Origin: Octopus sinensis
Taxonomy: Eukaryota
DNA length: 64,000 nt
Direction of reading: 5' to 3'
Assembly: GCF_006345805.1 (NCBI RefSeq)
Contig: NC_043006.1
Location: 44,082,001 to 44,146,000 of the forward strand
Made by a program: the position numbers and the translations under genes. Under the pieces are notes generated by a model that was given only the letters and a program-made list of their open reading frames with translations, was not told where the DNA came from and made no database searches. Position 1 is the first letter of the stretch, and each line of letters begins with the position of its first letter. Of the stretch, positions 55,729-64,000 are shown piece by piece.

Positions 55729-58700
55729 CCATTGTTTGAACATTCACTTATCTATACTTGCATGGGTTAGATGAAATTTATCAAGGCAGTTATTCAACTG
55801 CTGGCTGTCCATTCTATCACTGACTACCCCCTGTCTCCAAGCAAAGTAATAATTCCCCCATGTTCAGACATCTTTCCATGGAAGATTGGAAACAAGGGAC
55901 ACTAAATGATGATGATAATGATAACGATGATATAGGTGTGTGTGTGTGTGTGTGCATATATTACCGAGTAATACCACTTTGGTGAAAGCATGTCAGTATA
56001 ACCTAGTTTAGAAGGCATTAAAGCAGTGAAGCCCAGAAATTAATAGATTTATTGTGTGGAGTAGTTGATAAGTCTTCAAATGAAGTTTATTTTTGTTATT
56101 GCCAGACATTTTAGATTACTAACTTAATGCTCACATTCAAATCAGCTCTTTTTATACAGCCACTCAAGTTCCTAAGTCAAGGAAAAGCCTTTATATAGAA
56201 GCCTCCTTTATGCTAACATTAACAGAACATTACTACTTTAAATACAATAGCTACATCTCTAAAAGTGGATATGGCTAATCAATGCAGTTAATCCAATCCA
56301 AAATCAGGTTTAGTTTAATAGCCTCCAGAGCTGAATCAGCATCAATAAGCATTTTCAGGAAACAGCAAATTAGCAAATAACTGCATGCACGCACATGCAC
56401 GCAGACGAACAGGCACCCACACACACACACAAATGCATCACAAGCGCACACTCCTACACACTTCAAAACTGAGTCAACTTTACACAACAGCAAATTCAAG
56501 GATCAAATAGCAGAAGAATCCTAACTAAACAAGCCTCTTGATACCACTTCCTTCTTGCTTATTATTGTTTGATAATTCCAGCTTTCTCTTCCAATAACTG
56601 AAGTTGGTAATTAATGGTACTTCCTAATTTCAACGCCAATCTAATATTAAATCTCTCCCAGCTGCTCCTTGCACAGAGTTTGTATAGTAATGAGTCTTTA
56701 AGCCTTTGTATGAACCCTCTCTGTTATTATAAATAAACTTTAGCATTTATACTGGCAATAATTCAAACTTCACCTTATCATTAACTAAACTGACCTAACT
56801 TTCCAGGTCAGCAGAAGAACTAATTTCACAATGAGTGCTGTCTTATTTCATTACCATTATTAATAGAATTTTAACTGTGTGAAATTGGTGGTCACCGTTT
56901 GCCAAAAGCAGATATAGGCTAAATAGCAAACAGAAACTAATTTAAATAGAATGTTTTATCAAAACAGTATATCTGATGAATGTAAAACGATATGCATTTG
57001 CATTGAAATAATTATATCCACCACAGCTGGATATAATTGAAAGAATAACAACAGAGAAAAATGAGAGAAAAAGCATAGGTAAATTCAATAGGACCACACC
57101 AGAACAATAGCCATGGCATTTATGGCATATGTTGTTGTTGGTATTGTTGTTGTTGGTATTATTGTTGTTTAGCTCCAGATCAATCTGGATCAAGCAGGTT
57201 TATGATTAAAGGCCTTCCAGCCTTGGTCATCCTGTCTTTTGCCTATATGCAAGAAAATCATCATTATCATCATCATGTAACATCTGTTTTCCATACTGGT
57301 ATAGTAGATAGGATGGTTTAACAGGAACTGGCAAGTCAGAAGACCGCACCAAGCTCTGCTGACTGTTTTGATATGGTTTCTATGACCAGATGCACTTCCT
57401 AATGCCAACCACTTTACAGAATGCATTGGGTGATTTTTAAAGTAGTACCAGTAGTAGTGAGGCCACCAAGTAACATGCAGTACAAGACCTTTCAAGTGGG
57501 GTGAGTAATATTGAGGGAGGGGAAAGGGTGTATCGCACTCAAAGAGAGACATGGCTACCTTAGACGGGGACAGAGAGAGAGAGAGGAGAAAGATGGTGAA
57601 AATATGACAGAGAATGGTACAAAGGCCATACACCCAAGTTACAGGATGGTGTATATAGTGAAGAGGACCAGGGACTAAATTATTCAACATAACCTTTTCT
57701 AAGACAGCAGAATATGATTTGAAGTACAGCTGGCTTCTATTTCAAGCAGGCCAAGCAACCTATACATATGCAGTTATATATGGTGGTTGAATTCATAAAA
57801 ATGTTTTATCAGTAGGAAAAATAAATTAATTTTTAAAAAAAAGAAAAAGAAATTCAGTTTAATATTTGACAACCTTGACAGTTGTAATCAATTGACATAG
57901 AATTGATAACTGGAAATTTTAATGTAAAAAAAATGAGAAGTAACTTAATTGAAAAATGAAGAAGTAGTGAGCGTGTTTTGACAAGAATTGCTCAAACAGG
58001 AAACAGCATTGAACTTTCGGATAAGACAGCTAGAAACACTTCTTAACTTTTAAGAGTGGGCCAAAGTTCTTGAAACAATAAATACATTCAAATACTTAAG
58101 ACTAATAAGAAACAAAATAGATATCTAATTGGTATTACTTCCACACAGAGATTAAGTTTCTTAATTCACTAACTTTAATAGCTGGTGTAAGAAAATCACA
58201 AATCATGTTGATGGAGAATAATTGTATTCAATGGGATGGAATTAATGTGTTTAGATAGAGATCAAACCAATGAACATTTTAGTATAAAAACTTCAATTAT
58301 CTTCTGACTCTAAGTATCAGTCACTGAAAACTATTGGCCAGTTTTTAATAACATAAATGAAAGCAACTTTAGTCATTAAACCCAAAATAAAATCGAACGC
58401 ATTCTTAGTTAAGCATTTTGGAAATAATTAAATATACTTACATTAGAGTATTTGATTTTTAATTATGCTGTATTTCTGAGATATTTTGAGTTAATCTTAT
58501 ATATTAACATCAAAAACTATTCATTTTACAGCAAATATTCTGCAACAAGCTACTTCTGGGAACACAGCCACTCAGTTTAACACTTGTCTGTCTTTGTGCA
58601 CACACATCTTGGGAGACAGACGGTGGGTAATAGGGTAGTATAAGAGTCAACCTCTAAAAATCCTTGGTAAAGTCCCCCAATTCTCTCAGAAGTACAAAGA

Positions 58701-59369
58701 TGTTATGTGTGGGGACACAATTTAAATATTCAAACAGTAATTACTGTATAACAATGAGTATTTCATTTGCTGAGAGTGCTGAACCTAAACCCTCTCATGA
58801 TCCCCAAAATAGGTAATGGAAATGCAACAGAGTAGATCTTGCCTTAAAAGACCCTTGTCTAGAAGTCAAGAAGGCAAGCACATTTTAAGGGATACATCTG
58901 ATGACTTAACAATGAACAAGTGACTATTTGTTATACTTGGAAACTAATTAATTATTTTATATATTCACATAAGTATGCTAGTACCCACTTTACTATTAAA
59001 TTTTCATGCAGCCAGCCAGGGTGACTAGTTATATTTTCCCCATTATCTATTCACACACACACCACACACACTTTTATATTATGAAGCTGTATATTCCCAG
59101 TCATAGTATACAACTGACCAGAACATATAACTATCATGGCTGATGCCAGTCCCGCCTGACTGGCACCCATGCCAGTGGCACCTAAAAAGCACCATTCAAG
59201 CGTTGTTGATGCCAGTGTCACTCGACTGGCTCCCATGCCAGCATGGAAAGCGGACATTAAACAATAATGATGATGATGATGAAAGTTACCAACAGTTTTC
59301 CAAGTCATGGCCAATGCCAATACTGCCTGACTGGCATCCATACTGGTGGCAAATAAAAAGCACCATTTG

Positions 59370-59690
59370 AGTATTGGGCCTCATGGAGGCAGTGACAGTT
59401 GACCAAGACCGTTGGCAATATACCATGCTTGTGTAAACCTGTCAAGCCAAGTGAGACCGTAGTCATGGCTGATGCTGGTGTCAGGTCAATGGTACGTAAG
59501 AAACACCCACTACACTCTCAGAGTGGTTGGCATTAGGAAGGGCATCCAGCCATAGAAAGCTTGCCAAATTAGATCACAATCTGGTGCACCAGCACCCCTG
59601 CGCCCCGGCTTATCTTTTCAGTCAAACCATCCAACCCATGCCAGCATAGAAAGCAGACATTGAATGATGATGATGATGAGGATGATGATA
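59370..59690 (+). mobile_element. RTE LINE 3' end (ORF2 tail VLGLMEAVTVDQDRWQY, 3'UTR and (GAT)n tail)
   Basis: Links the coding remnant to the common 3'UTR 'ggaagggcatccagc...aacccatgccagcat...gatgatgat' seen many times in the window. Confidence 0.75.
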
Positions 59691-59874
59691 TTGCACTTGG
59701 TAATATTGGTCAGTGTAAAACCATTGGTGACTTACAGAATATACTACTCAATAATATAAAAGTATAACTACTCTGTCTCTCTTTTAGATTATGCTTCTCT
59801 GAATCTTTGGACAACTAATCAATCATATCATCATCCTTTAACGTCCGTTTTACATGCTGGCATGGTTTGGATGG

Positions 59875-60190
59875 AGGAATGTGGCTTAATAGTCAGGGTG
59901 TTCAGCTCGCGATTATAAGGTTGCGAGTTTGACTCCCACCGGCACAGTGAGCTCTTGAACAAGACACTTTATTTCACATTGCTCCGGCCCACTCAGCTAG
60001 CAAAAATGAGTTGTACCTGTAATTCAAAGGGCCAGCCTTGTCACACTGTGTCTTGCTGAATATCCCTGTAAAGTATGTTAAGAACATTCATGTCTGTGGA
60101 GTGCTCGGCCACTTGCACGTTAATTTCATGAGCAGGCTGTTTTGTTGACCAGATCAACTGGAACCCTCATTGTCAAAACGGATGGAGTAC
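59875..60190 (+). mobile_element. SINE family C, near full length
   Basis: tRNA-like head, 'ttgaacaagacactttatttcacattgctcc', shared body ending ggaaccctc. Copies at 16299-16610 (+), 49915-50095 (+), 36885-37188 (-). Confidence 0.85.
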
Positions 60191-60194
60191 CAAT

Positions 60195-60226
<32 letters not shown>

Positions 60227-61272
60227 AGAATGGCATCACAACTGCCTAGGTTACAGAAGATGCATGGTTTCAATGCTTTTTCTGTCCAAGGCCTTTTTTT
60301 TTCAGTCCTAAGTACATATTATGAGCTATTATTTAGAACCGGATTGACATTTAAGATACATCCTTTAACAAGAGATTTATTTACAAACAAACAAATAAAC
60401 ACAAACGTGCGTGCACACACGCACACACACTAAAAGCAGCAGCTGACTGCTATAAAAGTTATATTGTTTTGCTCTTCTGAACTCATCATGTCAACAATAA
60501 ATAGCTGAAAGCTTTGGTCATACGTGTTTGTATTATGGGAGAGAGATAAGAAGGAAAGATATAAGTAGGCAGTGAGAGGGTTATTTATAGAATATGTAAT
60601 TTTGTTATCTAGGTTAGTAATATTTTAAATTCTATTGGCAATTGGTTTCATAAGAAGGATAGTGTTTACGGTGCTTGTGTTTATTGTGAATACGATAAAG
60701 AAGTGCTACTTTACAGTGGCCATTTTAACTCTTTTAGCATTTAAACTGGCCATATTCAGCCAAAATATTCCACCTGTTTTATATTCAAACTGGCCAGATC
60801 CAGCATCTCACACCTACCCTACAATGTCATTCCAAAAATTAACAATTATGTCATCAAAATTTCAAAGCTATGAAATAATACATGATTAATTCGTTCTGCA
60901 CATAAGTCAATGACTGATGCATTTGGACACATCTTCAGTGACATGCCTGGTATCATCGGGTGTGTTGGGTCTTTCAACAGCATACACCCTCCTCCAGGCG
61001 ACCCAGATGGGGCTGATCAGACACCAGCTTGTGTCCAGATGGCCAGCTAGCTACTCCATGGCTCCCCTCTTTTGATCCACAGCCATCATGGATTCAAAAC
61101 AGTGTGAATAAATAAGCAATATATTTGACAATAATCTGAATGCGAAAGCGTTAAAATAACATTATTGTTGGACTTAATGCTAGACGTATACCTATTTGGG
61201 TACATTGAAACTCCAAGAATAACATAAAAATTAATATTTGTGTTATATTCTTACAGTTCAAAGCATCTTTAA

Positions 61273-61785
61273 CCCTTTTCTTACCATATTTTCTTTGAAA
61301 TATACTGATATTGTTTCAATCAATTTTGAAAATAACCACCACCACCCACACACACACACACCTGCCTCGACTGGCTCCTGTGTCAGTAGCACATAAAAAG
61401 CACCATCCGAACATGGCTGATGCCAATGCCGCCTGACTCCCGTGCCAGTGGCACATAAAAAGCACCCACTATGCTCTCAAAGTAGTTGGTGTTAGGAAGG
61501 GCATCCAGCTGTAGAAACACTGCCAGGTCAGATTGGAGCCTGGTGCAGCCTCCTGGCTTGTCAGTCCCCAGTCAAACCGTCCAACCCATGCCAGCATGGA
61601 AAAAGGACGTTAAACGATGATGAGGATGAAGAATATTACACAATAACTTTATTTTTATGAAGCTAAAGTTTGGAACACAAATTAACATGAAATTTTGATG
61701 GAAAGTTTTACTTTAGGTCACCTTAAAACAAGAATTTTTTGTCATAGAACCAGGTGTAGTTTCAGGCAGTTTGGTATCGAAAGGG
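61273..61785. mobile_element. piggyBac-like MITE (TTAA-CCCTTT...AAAGGG-TTAA) interrupted by an RTE 3' end (about 61325-61630)
   Basis: TTAA at 61269-72 and 61786-89; terminal inverted repeats cccttttcttacca versus ccctttcgatacca. TTAA targeting and CCC/GGG ends are established piggyBac hallmarks. Confidence 0.75.
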
Positions 61786-62302
61786 TTAAATTATATGCTG
61801 TATTTCTGTTTTATTTTGGATTTATAAATTGAATTTTAGTTTTAAATAATGTATTATTTATTTGAGAAGATTTTTGAATTATAAATACATTTGTTCAATG
61901 AAGTGAAATATTATTTAAATAATATTTCTTCTAAAGATTTAGTTTAAGTTTCAATTGTTTAAGCAATTTGAACATATATGTTATTAAATGAATAAATTAA
62001 GAGGATTTGCTTTAAAGAAAAGAATATTGGTTTTCAAATGATGAATGCAAGCCATCTTTTATTCATCATGTAAGAACTGATATTAATATCTCTTCTTAAA
62101 ATTATATCTTAAGAATATATTCTTTTAATAACATATACCTTAAAATTGCTAAAAGCTTCAACTCAGTTTCAACTAAAGAGAAATATATATCTAAATAACC
62201 ATTTTATTGAACATAATAATGTATCAAAATTTAAAATCCACTGATAAAACTCAAATTGAATTTAAAAATCCAAAATAGAATACAAATGAAGAAATATGTG
62301 AG

Positions 62303-62394
<92 letters not shown>

Positions 62395-62904
62395 TTTTAA
62401 ACTGTAAGAATATAACTCAAAATATATTTATTTTTGTGTTATTTTTAGAGTTCCAACATACAAAGCAGGTACATACTTAGGTTTAAATCCGACAATATTC
62501 TCCTTAAAAGAGTCACTTGCAAAGCTTGCACTCTTTCATAATATTCACAGTAAACAGAAATGTAACATATAATCCCTCTTACTATTCCTCATTTAAAACA
62601 AACAGCCAAAAGAATTCCTTGTTCTCCTTTAACACTTTTTTTACCATATTTCTGGTGAAATACACAGCCTTAGTTATAATAATTAGATGACACAACACAT
62701 ATTCTCTATAACAAATTCTTTAATAGGTTCAAAGTTATTTTTCTCATAAGTAACATGTTAATCAATATCTCAGGGATAGTTATGAGTAAACAGACTGAGA
62801 GGAAGATAGAGGACACAGTTATGAGAAATCTAAAAAAAAGACAGGTGATGCTACATAACATGTCAGAAAAATGATGAAGAAGAAAGTACAACTTAATCAA
62901 CTTA

Positions 62905-63033
<129 letters not shown>

Positions 63034-63843
63034 TCAAAGAAAAACCAAATAGAGAATTTATTTTATATAACATTAAGGTTTTTATTGTGTCTGGGGAGAG
63101 TCTTTCTCTTTTAGTGCCTTATTATTTTGACACACTCGCTGGTCAGATTTCCACTCATTTACTTATTTTTTACTTTTCATTGCAGCTTGCAACCTTTTCA
63201 ATAGTCATTGATTCTGTTTTTTGTACGCATGCATGTGTTAGTGTGCATGCACATATGTATGTATGTATGTATGTATTATGTATGTGTGTGTATGCATATA
63301 TATGTGTATGCATGTGTGCACATTTGTTTGTATGGACTCTGCATGTATGTGTGTATGCATGTATGTATGTGTACGCATATATGTATGCATGTGTACACAT
63401 TTGTATGTATTTATTCTTTTATTTTTTTTACTTGTTTCAGTCACTTGACTGCGGCCATGCTGGGGCACTGCCTTTAGTCAAACAAGTCTACCCCAGGACT
63501 TACTCTTATTATGATTTTTATCTTTTCTAGCATAGAATGGTTATTGGTTATAAAAATGTGGCTATTTATAAGAAAATGAAGTAACTGGTTTTGCATGTAT
63601 GTATGTATTTCTTATCACTAAATACTAAACATTTTTATGGAAAACAAATAAGTCAAAGTGAATAGAACAATGCATTTTAACAGTAAAGCCAGCATAATAA
63701 CCGCAGCAAAATTCTACATTAGCCATAACTCTCAGTAACAGCTGAAACCAATTTAATTTTACTTGAAAACAACTATATTAATCAACATAAATTTCTCTTT
63801 ATCACTGTTTGAATCTGATTTATAAATATACATAATAATAATA

Positions 63844-63885
<42 letters not shown>

Positions 63886-64000
63886 TTGGGGTCAGATTAC
63901 AAACTATGCAGTAATCACAAATAAAAGCACAAGCTAAAAAACAAATCATATAACAAAAACTTAAGATTATGGAGAAAAATATACAGCAAATATTAAATAA

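Overview
AT-rich, microsatellite- and SINE-dense eukaryotic genomic DNA. The repeat content looks like an octopod cephalopod (inference from repeat style, no database check). The whole window lies inside one minus-strand gene, a GCK-IV family STE20 kinase (misshapen/mig-15; vertebrate co-orthologs MAP4K4/TNIK/MINK1). I assembled by hand 13 GT-AG exons (1262 nt, 420 codons + 2 nt, all splice phases consistent), from '[14 protein letters not shown]' (63030) through HRD/DFG/APE to the linker motif 'DLDLIAAQL...DGTLVVS' (1075). The N-terminal exons (>64000) and the expected C-terminal CNH domain (<1) are outside the window. The introns hold several tRNA-derived SINE families, 3' ends of an RTE-type LINE with (GAT)n tails, TTAA-flanked piggyBac-like MITEs (some nested), two minisatellites and long (TA/CA)n arrays. 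Most ORF-track entries are microsatellite translations. I cannot support a claim of a new multi-gene system. The best leads are a perfect 55-bp intronic hairpin (11907-12023), several candidate micro/poison exons in the two very large introns of the low-complexity linker, and closely spaced inverted repeat pairs that could form dsRNA in the pre-mRNA. All need RNA evidence.
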